Below are positions 8,737 through 17,092 of a stretch of DNA of 57,673 nucleotides, piece by piece. The DNA comes from Actinomycetota bacterium (GTDB lineage Bacteria > Actinomycetota > Actinomycetes > Actinomycetales > Actinomycetaceae): contig JBNJCY010000001.1 of assembly GCA_051744325.1 (NCBI GenBank), positions 1-57,673 of the forward strand, given 5' to 3'. A program made the position numbers and the translations under genes. Under the pieces are notes generated by a model. The model did not search any database. It saw nothing but the letters and a program-made list of their open reading frames with translations, and was not told the origin of the DNA. Within the stretch, counting starts at the first letter, position 1. Each line of letters opens with the position of its first letter.

Positions 8737-10349
8737 CCGCACGCGCGGCTGGGGGGATCCTCGGGGCTGCCGGGATGATCGCCGCGCTCACCCTGGCGTC
8801 CCGACTCGTCGGCTTCGTGCGCTGGCTCGTGCACTCGTGGATGCTCGAGGGGGGCTCCGCGACCGCTGGTGCTTACGCCACCGCCAACCAGATCCCCAAC
8901 ATCCTGTTCGAGGTGGCCGCGGGCGGCGCTCTCGCCTCCGTCGTCATCCCGCTGCTCGCGGCGCCACTCGCCCGGTCGTTGCGCCGGGAGGTCGACCGGA
9001 CGGTTTCCGCGCTCCTGACCTGGGCGCTGCTCGCGCTGGTTCCGCTCGGAGTGGCCGTCGCATTCGGGGCGGGCCTCGTGGCGGAACTGTTGCCGGACTC
9101 AGTGTCCCTCAGCGCCGCCGAGGCGGCCGAGGCGGACGCCCTCGTCGCCTACCTGCTCCGAATCTTCGCCCTCCAGATCCCGCTCTACGGCGTGGGTATC
9201 GTGTTGAGCGGCGTCCTGCAGGCACACAAGCGGTTCTTCTGGCCCGCGCTCGCGCCCCTGCTGTCCTCCCTCGTGGTCATCGCCTCATACGTGGTGTTCG
9301 GTGCGCTCGCGGCCGGCAACCGGGGCGACCCCGGCGCCCTCTCCGCCGCCGCGAGGGCGTGGCTCGGTTGGGGGACCACTGCCGGCGTCATGGCGATGAG
9401 CCTTCCCCTCCTCATCCCGGTGCGACGCCTCGGCGTCCGGCTCCGGCCCGCGATCCACTTCCCGGTGGGGGAGGCCCGGCACGCGCTCCGGCTCGCCAGC
9501 GCCGGACTCGGCGCACTGCTCGCCCAGCAGCTCGCGGTCCTCGCCGTCGTGGTGCTCGCGCCGCTCGGCGGCGACCCTGGCACGCTCTCCATCTTCCAGT
9601 ACGCCCAAGCGGTGTACGTGCTGCCCTATGCCATCCTCGCCGTGCCGCTGGCGACCGCCGTGTTCCCGCACCTGTCCGAGCTGGCGGCGAGCCGGTCGGA
9701 TGGGGAGTTCGCCCGCCTCGTGAACTCCTCCACGCGGGTGATCCTCGTCGTCGGGTTCGTCGGCATGGCGGTCCTCGTGGCGGACGCGCCCACCGCAGCG
9801 CCCGTCTTCCGCGTCACCGAGGCGATGGGGGACGCCATCACGTGGCTCGCGCCCGGCATCGTCGGGTTCGCCCTCGTGTTCCATTCCTCGCGCGTGCTGT
9901 ACGCGGTGGATCGGGGCCGCGCCGCGGTGGCCGCGACGGCGGCCGGCTGGCTGGTCGTCGTCGCGGCGTCGGTCGCACTGGTCGCGGTGCTCGCGCCGGC
10001 CGGTGGCGACTCGCCTGCGACGCTGCGGGCGCTGGCGCTGGGCAATTCCGCGGGCATGCTCGTGGCGGGGGCTGGACTCCTGGCCGCCACGCACCGGCTG
10101 ACGGGGACCGGGGCTGCGGCGCTGCTCCGCACACTCGCGGTCGCCCTCGGTGGTGCGATGGCGGGAGGCCTGATCGGGCGGCTCGCCGTCGACGCCGTCC
10201 TGGCGTTCACCGGACCCGGCATCGTCGGCAGCATCGCGGCTGCCGTGCCGGGCGCCGTGCTCGGGGCGGGACTCACCGTCCTCGCCGTCCACCTGTTCGA
10301 CCGCGCGACCCTCGCGCCGGTCCTCGCCCGCTTCGGAGGCAACCCATGA
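8733..10349 (+). CDS. murJ: MurJ/MviN-family lipid II-type flippase
   Basis: From the internal ATG at 8733 of ORF 7836..10349: ILGAAGMIAALTLASRLVGFVRWLV...AYATANQIPNILFEVAAGGALASVVIPLL is the MurJ signature N-terminus. The protein is about 538 aa with about 14 TM segments. The Arg/Pro-rich upstream part of the listed ORF overlaps the previous gene and is not coding. Confidence 0.8.
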   Translation: MTARAAGGILGAAGMIAALTLASRLVGFVRWLVHSWMLEGGSATAGAYATANQIPNILFEVAAGGALASVVIPLLAAPLARSLRREVDRTVSALLTWALLALVPLGVAVAFGAGLVAELLPDSVSLSAAEAAEADALVAYLLRIFALQIPLYGVGIVLSGVLQAHKRFFWPALAPLLSSLVVIASYVVFGALAAGNRGDPGALSAAARAWLGWGTTAGVMAMSLPLLIPVRRLGVRLRPAIHFPVGEARHALRLASAGLGALLAQQLAVLAVVVLAPLGGDPGTLSIFQYAQAVYVLPYAILAVPLATAVFPHLSELAASRSDGEFARLVNSSTRVILVVGFVGMAVLVADAPTAAPVFRVTEAMGDAITWLAPGIVGFALVFHSSRVLYAVDRGRAAVAATAAGWLVVVAASVALVAVLAPAGGDSPATLRALALGNSAGMLVAGAGLLAATHRLTGTGAAALLRTLAVALGGAMAGGLIGRLAVDAVLAFTGPGIVGSIAAAVPGAVLGAGLTVLAVHLFDRATLAPVLARFGGNP

Positions 10350-11437
10350 GGATCCTGATGGTGCTCGGCAAGGCGACGGGGGGGATCGGTGTCCACGTCG
10401 ACACCCTGACGGCGGACCTGCGGGCTCGGGGACACCAGGTCGCAATCGCCACGGACGCCCTGACCGCCGCCACGTTCGGCTGGGACGGCGCGCACCTCGT
10501 CTGGCCCCACGGCCGCGACCCTCGTCGCCTCGCCGCGTCCTGGCGGACGGCGCGCCAGCTCGCCCGTGGCGCGGACGTGGTGCACGCCCATGGCCACCAG
10601 GCGGGCGCCTGGGCCGCGAGCTTCGCGGGAAGGAGGCCGCTCGTGGTGTCGTTGCACAACAACGTGCTGGCAGGTCCGAGCATCGTGTCGGACGGGGCGC
10701 AGCGGTGGGTCGCGTGGCGTGCCGCCCTCGTCACCGGTGCTTCGAGCGACCTCGTCGACGTCGCACGGTCTCAGGGCGCCCGCGCCGCCGAACTCGCTCC
10801 CGTCCCCTCGCCGCGCGTGCCCGCGCTCCTCGAGGCCCCTGCCTTCGACGCCGCCACCCGGCTCGAGGCCGGCCGCGCACTGCTCGCCGGCCTCGGCGTG
10901 GACGCCGGACTCCCGCTGGTCCTCGCGGTCGCCCGGATCGCGCCCCAGAAGCGTATCGACGTGCTGCTCGACGTCGCCCGCGACCTCCGTGGCGAGGCAG
11001 CGGTGGCGGTGGCCGGGTCAGCGGATGAGGAACTCCTGGGGCGAATCCGTGCCCGGGACACCTCCGGCGACCTGCACATCCTCGGGCCCAGGCGGGACCT
11101 GGACACCCTCTACGGCACCGCCTCCGTACTCGTCCTGACCAGCTCTTGGGAGGCCCGTGCCCTCGTGGTGCAGGAGGCCATGGCCGCCGGGCTCCCCGTG
11201 GTCGCAACGGACACGGGTGGGATCCCCGACCTCCTGCGGGTGGGGGGCGACGTCGTCGGCCGGCTCGTCCCGGTCGGCGACGCGGTCGCCACCGCCCGCG
11301 CGGTGCGCGAACTCCTGGCGGACGCGCGGCTCCGTGACGACCTCGCCGCCCGGGGCCGCGAGGTGGCGCGGACCTGGCCGGACCGCGACGCGACCACACG
11401 CTCCTGGGAGGAGAGGTACGCCCGGGTTCTGGGATAG
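10346..11437 (+). CDS. Glycosyltransferase, GT4 family (GT-B fold)
   Basis: MRILMVLGKATGGIGVHVDTL at the N-terminus. The C-terminal part has SSWEARALVVQEAMAAGLPVVATDTGGIPDL (E-x7-E type motif). There is an ATGA overlap with murJ. Confidence 0.8.
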   Translation: MRILMVLGKATGGIGVHVDTLTADLRARGHQVAIATDALTAATFGWDGAHLVWPHGRDPRRLAASWRTARQLARGADVVHAHGHQAGAWAASFAGRRPLVVSLHNNVLAGPSIVSDGAQRWVAWRAALVTGASSDLVDVARSQGARAAELAPVPSPRVPALLEAPAFDAATRLEAGRALLAGLGVDAGLPLVLAVARIAPQKRIDVLLDVARDLRGEAAVAVAGSADEELLGRIRARDTSGDLHILGPRRDLDTLYGTASVLVLTSSWEARALVVQEAMAAGLPVVATDTGGIPDLLRVGGDVVGRLVPVGDAVATARAVRELLADARLRDDLAARGREVARTWPDRDATTRSWEERYARVLG

Positions 11438-11448
11438 AGTGAAATCCC

Positions 11449-13125
11449 GTGGTGAACATTTCCCGGCTCACGGCCGCCCCTGACATCCCACGGCACGTTT
11501 TTGTGACCGGGGGAGTCGCCTCCTCGCTGGGGAAGGGGCTCACTGCCTCCAGCCTCGGCCACCTGCTCCGCGCACGGGGCCTCGCCGTCGCGATGCAGAA
11601 GCTCGACCCGTACAACAACGTCGACCCGGGCACCATGAGCCCCTTCCAGCACGGCGAGGTCTTCGTCACCGCCGACGGGACGGAGACGGACCTCGACATC
11701 GGTCACTACGAGCGTTTCCTCGACGTCGAGCTCTCCGGTGCCGCGAACGCCACCACCGGGCAGGTGTACTCGACCGTGATCGCGAAGGAGCGCCGCGGCG
11801 ACTACCTGGGGGACACGGTGCAGGTCATCCCGCACGTGGTGGACGAGATCAAGGCCCGCATGCGGGCCCAGGCGCACCCCGAGACCGGTCCCGCCCCGGA
11901 CGTGATCATCACGGAGATCGGCGGCACGGTCGGGGACATCGAGTCCCTGCCCTTCCTCGAGGCCGCCCGGCAGGTCCGCCAGGACCTCGGCCGCGAGAAC
12001 GTCTTCTTCCTGCACGTCTCCCTCGTCCCCTACCTCGCCACGTCGGGCGAGCTGAAGACGAAGCCCACCCAGCATTCCGTCGCGGAGCTGCGGTCCATCG
12101 GCATCCAGCCCGACGCCATCGTGTGCCGCTCCGACCGGGACCTCCCCGAAGGTGTGAAGCGAAAGATCGCACTTATGTGCGATGTGGACGCCGAGGCCGT
12201 CATCACCTGCAAGGACGCCCCCTCCATCTACGAGATACCGCGCGTGATCCACCGGGAGGGCCTCGACGCCTACGTGGTGCGCCGCCTCGGCGTCCCGTTC
12301 CGCGACGTGAACTGGACCGAGTGGGACCTCGTGCTGCGGCGGGTCCGTGACCCCAAGCACTTCGTCGAGATCGCGCTGGTGGGCAAGTACGTGGACCTCC
12401 CCGACGCGTATCTCTCCGTGACGGAGGCACTGCGGGCGGGTGGCTTCCACCACGAGACCCGCGTGAAGGTCCGCTGGGTGCCCTCCGACGACTGCACCAC
12501 CCCGGAGGGCGCCGAGCAGGCGCTCGCCGGGGTCGACGGCGTGCTGGTCCCCGGCGGCTTCGGCATCCGCGGCATCGAGGGGAAGCTCGGCGCGCTCCGC
12601 CACGCCAGGGAGCGCCGCATCCCGACGTTGGGGCTCTGCCTCGGCCTGCAGTGCATGGTGATCGAGTTCGCGCGCGACGTCCTCGGCCTGGCGAAGGCGT
12701 CGTCCACCGAGTTCGACCCCGACACCCCGGACCCGGTGGTCGCCACCATGGCCGAGCAGCAGCAGATCGTGGCCGGGGACGGCGACCTGGGTGGCACCAT
12801 GCGGCTGGGGGACTACGAGGCCGTCCTCGACGAGGGATCGCTCGTGGCAGCGGTCCACGGGTCCACGCGGGTGGTCGAGCGGCACCGGCACCGCTACGAG
12901 GTGAACAACGCCTACCGCGACCGCTTCGAGGAGCGGGGCCTGCACCTCTCCGGCGTGTCCCCGGACCACGCGCTCGTCGAGTTCGTGGAACTCGACGGCG
13001 AGCTGCACCCGTACTATGTGGGCACGCAGGCGCACCCCGAGTTCCGGTCCCGACCCACCCGGCCGCACCCCCTGTTCGCGGGCCTCGTCGGCGCCGCCCT
13101 CGAGCACCGGCGCACCCCGCGATGA
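11449..13125 (+). CDS. pyrG: CTP synthase
   Basis: [28 protein letters not shown], and a glutaminase domain with LGLCLGLQC and HRHRYEVN. Confidence 0.95.
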   Translation: MVNISRLTAAPDIPRHVFVTGGVASSLGKGLTASSLGHLLRARGLAVAMQKLDPYNNVDPGTMSPFQHGEVFVTADGTETDLDIGHYERFLDVELSGAANATTGQVYSTVIAKERRGDYLGDTVQVIPHVVDEIKARMRAQAHPETGPAPDVIITEIGGTVGDIESLPFLEAARQVRQDLGRENVFFLHVSLVPYLATSGELKTKPTQHSVAELRSIGIQPDAIVCRSDRDLPEGVKRKIALMCDVDAEAVITCKDAPSIYEIPRVIHREGLDAYVVRRLGVPFRDVNWTEWDLVLRRVRDPKHFVEIALVGKYVDLPDAYLSVTEALRAGGFHHETRVKVRWVPSDDCTTPEGAEQALAGVDGVLVPGGFGIRGIEGKLGALRHARERRIPTLGLCLGLQCMVIEFARDVLGLAKASSTEFDPDTPDPVVATMAEQQQIVAGDGDLGGTMRLGDYEAVLDEGSLVAAVHGSTRVVERHRHRYEVNNAYRDRFEERGLHLSGVSPDHALVEFVELDGELHPYYVGTQAHPEFRSRPTRPHPLFAGLVGAALEHRRTPR

Positions 13126-13724
13126 TCGAGGACACGCGCAGCGAGCGGCCCGCCGTCTCCCGCGACGAGATCTGGCGGGGCCGCATCGTCGGCATCGTCT
13201 CCGAGCTGGTCGATCTCGGGGAGGAGGAGCCCGCCGTCCGGGAGTGGGTGGACCATCCGGGCGCCGTCGCCGTCGTCGCGCTCGACGACGCCGGACGGGT
13301 CGCGTTCCTGAGCCAGTACCGCCATCCCGTGCGCGCCACCCTCTGGGAGATCCCCGCCGGGCTGCTGGACCAGGAGGGGGAGGACTTCCTCGCCGCCGCC
13401 GAACGGGAGTTGGCGGAGGAGGCCGACCTGGGCGCCGATCGCTGGCACGTCCTCGCCGACATCTTCTGCACCCCCGGCGGTTCGAACGAGTCGCTCCGGG
13501 TCTACCTCGCCCGGGACCTGCACGCGGTCGAGCACTCCTTCGAACGCGTGGAGGAGGAGGCCGAGATGGAACTCCGCTGGGTCCCGCTCGATGACGCAGT
13601 CTCCGCCGTGCTGGAGGGGCGGGTGCACAGCCCGTCCGCGACAGTCGGGATCCTGGCCTGCGCGCAGGCCCGCGCCGCTGGGTACGTGACCCTCCGCCCG
13701 GCGGACGCTCCCTGGTTCCGCTGA
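13122..13724 (+). CDS. NUDIX hydrolase (ADP-ribose pyrophosphatase-like)
   Basis: The Nudix box is [24 protein letters not shown]. There is an ATGA overlap with pyrG. This is the Rv1700-like position. Confidence 0.85.
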   Translation: MIEDTRSERPAVSRDEIWRGRIVGIVSELVDLGEEEPAVREWVDHPGAVAVVALDDAGRVAFLSQYRHPVRATLWEIPAGLLDQEGEDFLAAAERELAEEADLGADRWHVLADIFCTPGGSNESLRVYLARDLHAVEHSFERVEEEAEMELRWVPLDDAVSAVLEGRVHSPSATVGILACAQARAAGYVTLRPADAPWFR

Positions 13725-13733
13725 GGGGGCAGG

Positions 13734-13775
13734 CGCGCTGAGGGCTCACGCGCGCTGAGGGCTCACGCGCGCTGC
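13734..13775. repeat. Tandem duplication of 17 nt (gcgcgctgagggctcac x2 plus a partial third copy) spanning the ctaA stop codon
   Basis: Read directly: the unit occurs at 13734-13750 and 13751-13767, with a partial copy at 13768-13775. A related cgctgaggg sits at about 13720. Confidence 0.6.
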
Positions 13776-14680
13776 GCGGCCGCCTGACGGACCTCCGCGG
13801 GCACGTCGCGCCGCCACAGGGAGGTGATCGCCATGGTGGCCGCAGCCACAATGGCGGCGGCCAGGAACATGTGCGCCACCACGAGCGCCTCCGGGAGACC
13901 GGTGAAGTACTGCGCGTAACCGACCACGCCTTGGATAGCCGTGAGAGCGATGAGCCACTGCCACCGTCGCCAGCCCAGCCCCGCACGCTCCGTGGCGACC
14001 GTCGTGGCGGCGAGGAGGGCGACGAACAGCCACACGAGGGCGGAGTGGGTCCGGGTCACGAGCACGGGGTCGAGCGTGAAGCGGTAGGGCGCGTCCGCGT
14101 CCCCGGAGTGCGGCCCCGTCCCGGTGGTGATCACGCCCGCGACGAGCATGAGCGCCCCCACGACTGCCAGGCCGGCCACCAGCAGCGGCAGCGGGAACGG
14201 TGGCGGCGCGGCGGCGGCGTCGTCCTGCCGGAGCCGGGCGAGCAGGTGCGCGCTCACCGCCACGAGCGCAAGGGAGAAGTACATGTGGGAGCCGACGATC
14301 GCCGGGTGGAGGTCGGCGAGGACGGACAACCCACCGATCACTGCCTGGGCAAGGATGAGGCCGAGGATGACCCGGGCGAGGACGCGGAACACGCGCGGCC
14401 GCCGCCGCATCGCCTCACGGCGGTGGACGGCCCACAGGAGCGCCAGCGCGATCACGACCAGCACGCCGGTCAGGGTGCGGTTCCCGAACTCGATGATCGG
14501 GTGGAACGACATCTCCTCGTGGAACATGGGCGTGAAGCTGCCCGGCTCGCACAGGGGCCACGTCGAGCAGCCGAGCCCGGAACCGGTGACGCGGACGAGC
14601 CCGCCGGTGACGATGATGCCGATCTGGGCGGCCAGGTTCGCGACAGCGAGGCGATGGGTGAGGGCGTCGGTGTGCTTCAC
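13763..14680 (-). CDS. ctaA: Heme A synthase (COX15/CtaA family)
   Basis: GGLVRVTGSGLGCSTWPLC is the N-terminal Cys pair. The protein has 8 TM segments with conserved His residues. It lies 16 nt downstream of the ABC-2 permease. Confidence 0.88.
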   Translation of the reverse strand: MKHTDALTHRLAVANLAAQIGIIVTGGLVRVTGSGLGCSTWPLCEPGSFTPMFHEEMSFHPIIEFGNRTLTGVLVVIALALLWAVHRREAMRRRPRVFRVLARVILGLILAQAVIGGLSVLADLHPAIVGSHMYFSLALVAVSAHLLARLRQDDAAAAPPPFPLPLLVAGLAVVGALMLVAGVITTGTGPHSGDADAPYRFTLDPVLVTRTHSALVWLFVALLAATTVATERAGLGWRRWQWLIALTAIQGVVGYAQYFTGLPEALVVAHMFLAAAIVAAATMAITSLWRRDVPAEVRQAAAQRA

Positions 14681-14696
14681 GGCTCAACGGTACCTG

Positions 14697-15404
14697 TCAG
14701 TCCCATCGCAGGGCACGGCGGGCGACGGCGGCGAGGACACCGTTCCAGAGGAGGAGGACGAGTGCGGAGGCGGTGTCGAAGCCGCCCTGTACCGCGGCCC
14801 GGAGCCCCTCGCCGAGCGCACCGGGAGGCAGGAACCGCAGCGGAGAGCCCACGTCGAGCGGGAGGAGGGCACCGGCCGCGAGCATGACGACCCACAGGAG
14901 ATTGGCGAGTGCGATCACCGCCTCCGCCCGCAACCGACCCCCGAGGACGACCGCGAGCGAGACGAACGTGGAACTCCCCAGCGCGAGGAACAGCGCGAGG
15001 AGCGCGTAGCCGGCCGGGGTGGTGCCTCGCCAGCCGAACGCCGCCGCCAGCAGGCCGAGGAACAGGGCCTGGGCCACCAGGAGGCCCGCCACAGCAATCG
15101 CCTTGCCTCGGACGAGTCCGGCGGGGCCGAGCGGCGTGGTCGACAGCATGCGCAGCACGCCCCACCGCCGGTCGAAGCCGAGCGCGATCGCCTGGGAGGT
15201 GAAGGAGCTGGAGAGGACCGCCATGGCGAGGACCCCGGCGAGGCCGAGGGCGTCCGCCGGCTGGGGGAGAGCGAAGACGCCACGGTGGAGAGCCACGAGC
15301 GCGAGCGCGGGGAGGCCGAAGCTCACGAGGAGCTGCTCCCCGTTGCGCATGATCGTGCGCAGCTCCCACCGGCCCTGGACGAGGGCGGACCGGACGACGT
15401 TCAC
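14697..15404 (-). CDS. ABC-2 type transporter permease
   Basis: 235 aa from an internal GTG (VNVVRSALVQGRWELRTIMRNGEQLL...). This start overlaps the ATPase stop as GTGA. There are 6 hydrophobic segments. The listed longer ORF 14697..15764 runs into the ATPase gene. Confidence 0.8.
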   Translation of the reverse strand: MNVVRSALVQGRWELRTIMRNGEQLLVSFGLPALALVALHRGVFALPQPADALGLAGVLAMAVLSSSFTSQAIALGFDRRWGVLRMLSTTPLGPAGLVRGKAIAVAGLLVAQALFLGLLAAAFGWRGTTPAGYALLALFLALGSSTFVSLAVVLGGRLRAEAVIALANLLWVVMLAAGALLPLDVGSPLRFLPPGALGEGLRAAVQGGFDTASALVLLLWNGVLAAVARRALRWD

Positions 15405-16336
15405 GCGGACTCCCGGACGATGGACAGGTACACGGACTCGAGCGTGCGGCGCGCGAGCGTGAGCGAGGCCGCGCCCTCGCCGGCTGTGTCCAGTGCAGCG
15501 GTGAGTTCCTGGGCGAACCGCACGTCCGAGCGGTCCACGACCGCCGTGACGGCACCGTCCGGCGAGACGGCCGGGGAGCCCCATCGCGCCACGACGGCGG
15601 CCGCCCGCGCCGGGTCGCCGAGCCCGGTGAGCGCCAGACGGGTACCGGACGCCAGTTCGTCCACCGTTCCCGCCGCCACCACCCGGCCCCGGTCCATGAC
15701 GATGACGTGGTCGGCGAGTTCCTCCGCCTCGGCGAGGTGGTGGGTGGTCAGGACGATGGCGCAACCGCGGTCCCGCTGCTCCCGCAGCAGCGCCCAGCTC
15801 TCGCGGCGCGCGTGGGGGTCCACCCCGGAGCTGGGCTCGTCGAGGAAGGCCAGTTCGGGCGTCCCGACGAGGGCACAGGCCACGGCAACACGCTGCCGCT
15901 GTCCACCGGAGAGCCTGCGGATCGACGTGTCCAGGGCGTCTTCGAGCGAGAGCGCCGTCACGAGGTGGTCCCGGTCGGCCGGCGTCCGGTAGAACGCCGC
16001 GACGTGTCCCAGCACCTGGCGAGGGGTGGGGGCCATTGGCAGGCCTCCCTGCTGGACCATGACGCCCACCCGTTCACGGAGCCACTGGTCGTCTGATGGC
16101 GTGCGCCGCGTCCGCCCGAGGACGACGATCTCCCCCGCATCCGGCTCGCGCAGGCCCTCGCAGCACTCCAGCATGGTGGTCTTGCCCGCGCCGTTCGGTC
16201 CGAGGACCGCCGTGATCCTTCCCGCGGCGGCCGAGAACGTCAGCCCATCCACGGCACGGTTCGAACCGTAGGCCTTCCTCAGGCCGGTCACGGAGAGGGC
16301 ATGGTCCACCCCCACATGGTAGTGCGCGTCCATCAT
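15401..16336 (-). CDS. ABC transporter ATP-binding protein (partner of the ABC-2 permease)
   Basis: Walker A GPNGAGKTT, signature LSGGQRQR, Walker B AFLDEPSSGVD. The start is uncertain. I took the ATG pair MMDAHY because the listed TTG start at 16375 lies inside the SufR operator palindrome. Confidence 0.85.
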   Translation of the reverse strand: MMDAHYHVGVDHALSVTGLRKAYGSNRAVDGLTFSAAAGRITAVLGPNGAGKTTMLECCEGLREPDAGEIVVLGRTRRTPSDDQWLRERVGVMVQQGGLPMAPTPRQVLGHVAAFYRTPADRDHLVTALSLEDALDTSIRRLSGGQRQRVAVACALVGTPELAFLDEPSSGVDPHARRESWALLREQRDRGCAIVLTTHHLAEAEELADHVIVMDRGRVVAAGTVDELASGTRLALTGLGDPARAAAVVARWGSPAVSPDGAVTAVVDRSDVRFAQELTAALDTAGEGAASLTLARRTLESVYLSIVRESA

Positions 16337-16363
16337 GTGCCCCGTGCTTGCAGGACGGGAATA

Positions 16364-16383
16364 AAGCAACAACAATGTTGCTT
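16364..16383. promoter_or_regulatory. Candidate SufR operator: palindrome AAGCAACA-ACAA-TGTTGCTT containing CAAC-N6-GTTG
   Basis: A perfect 8+8 nt inverted repeat in an unusually AT-rich patch, 29 nt upstream of the sufR ATG. It lies in the divergent region shared with the ABC/ctaA operon. It matches the CAAC-N6-GTTG SufR site reported for cyanobacteria and Streptomyces. Confidence 0.6.
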
Positions 16384-16411
16384 AATAAGGCGGGACGAGA
16401 GGAGGCCGGTC

Positions 16412-17092
16412 ATGAACGACACCGCGCACGACGCCTCCACGCGTGCCCGGGTCCTCGAACTCATCGTCTCCCTGGGACCGGTCACCTCGGCAGAACTGGC
16501 GCAGCGCCTCGAGCTGACCACTGCCGGGATCCGGCGGCACATCGGCACGCTCGAGCACGAGGGTCTCATCACGGAGCACGAACCCGCCGGGTCATCCGAG
16601 CCGCGGCGGGGGCGCCCTGCCCGGCACCACATCGCCACCACCCTCGGACGCGCACAGCTCTCGAATGGTTATTCCGAACTCGCCTCGGCCGCCCTCGCAT
16701 TCCTGTCCCGGACCGCGGGCGACGACGCCGTCGCCGCCTTCGCACAGAACCGTGTCCACGACCTCGAGGCCCGGTACGCGCAGTTCGTCGAGTCCGCCGG
16801 CGCGGACGCCCGGGACCGGGCGGACGCTCTCGCGGCCGCCCTCACCCGGGACGGCTACGCTGCAACGGTCCGTTCCGTCGGCCAGGGTGATTTCGCGCTG
16901 CAGCTCTGCCAGGGTCACTGTCCCGTCCTGAAGGTGGCCCATGAGTTCCCGCAGCTGTGCGACGCCGAACTGGGCGCGTTCTCCCGGCTGCTCGGCGTGC
17001 ACGTCCAGCGGCTCGCGACACTCGCCCAGGGCGAGCACGTTTGCACGACCCACATCCCCGTCCGATCCAGAATCCCGGAAGGAACCCCATGA
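16412..17092 (+). CDS. sufR: SufR-type [4Fe-4S] transcriptional repressor (winged-helix ArsR/DeoR-like N-terminus)
   Basis: [41 protein letters not shown] is the HTH. The C-terminal Cys pattern is C-X3-C-X12-C ([19 protein letters not shown]). A GAGAGGAGG RBS precedes the ATG at 16412. There is an ATGA overlap with sufB. Confidence 0.85.
   Translation: MNDTAHDASTRARVLELIVSLGPVTSAELAQRLELTTAGIRRHIGTLEHEGLITEHEPAGSSEPRRGRPARHHIATTLGRAQLSNGYSELASAALAFLSRTAGDDAVAAFAQNRVHDLEARYAQFVESAGADARDRADALAAALTRDGYAATVRSVGQGDFALQLCQGHCPVLKVAHEFPQLCDAELGAFSRLLGVHVQRLATLAQGEHVCTTHIPVRSRIPEGTP

Noticed and set aside
11110-13986. A 958-aa minus-strand ORF, the longest in this part of the track
   Set aside because: It lies antisense to pyrG and the NUDIX gene, both of which have unmistakable motifs. 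Its translation is Arg/Pro/Gly/Ala low-complexity, typical of the stop-poor antisense frame in high-GC DNA.
16301-16411. The listed upstream start of sufR (MVHPHMVV...)
   Set aside because: It would place the operator palindrome and the divergent promoter inside the coding sequence. The ATG at 16412 has a strong GAGAGGAGG RBS, and homology begins there.
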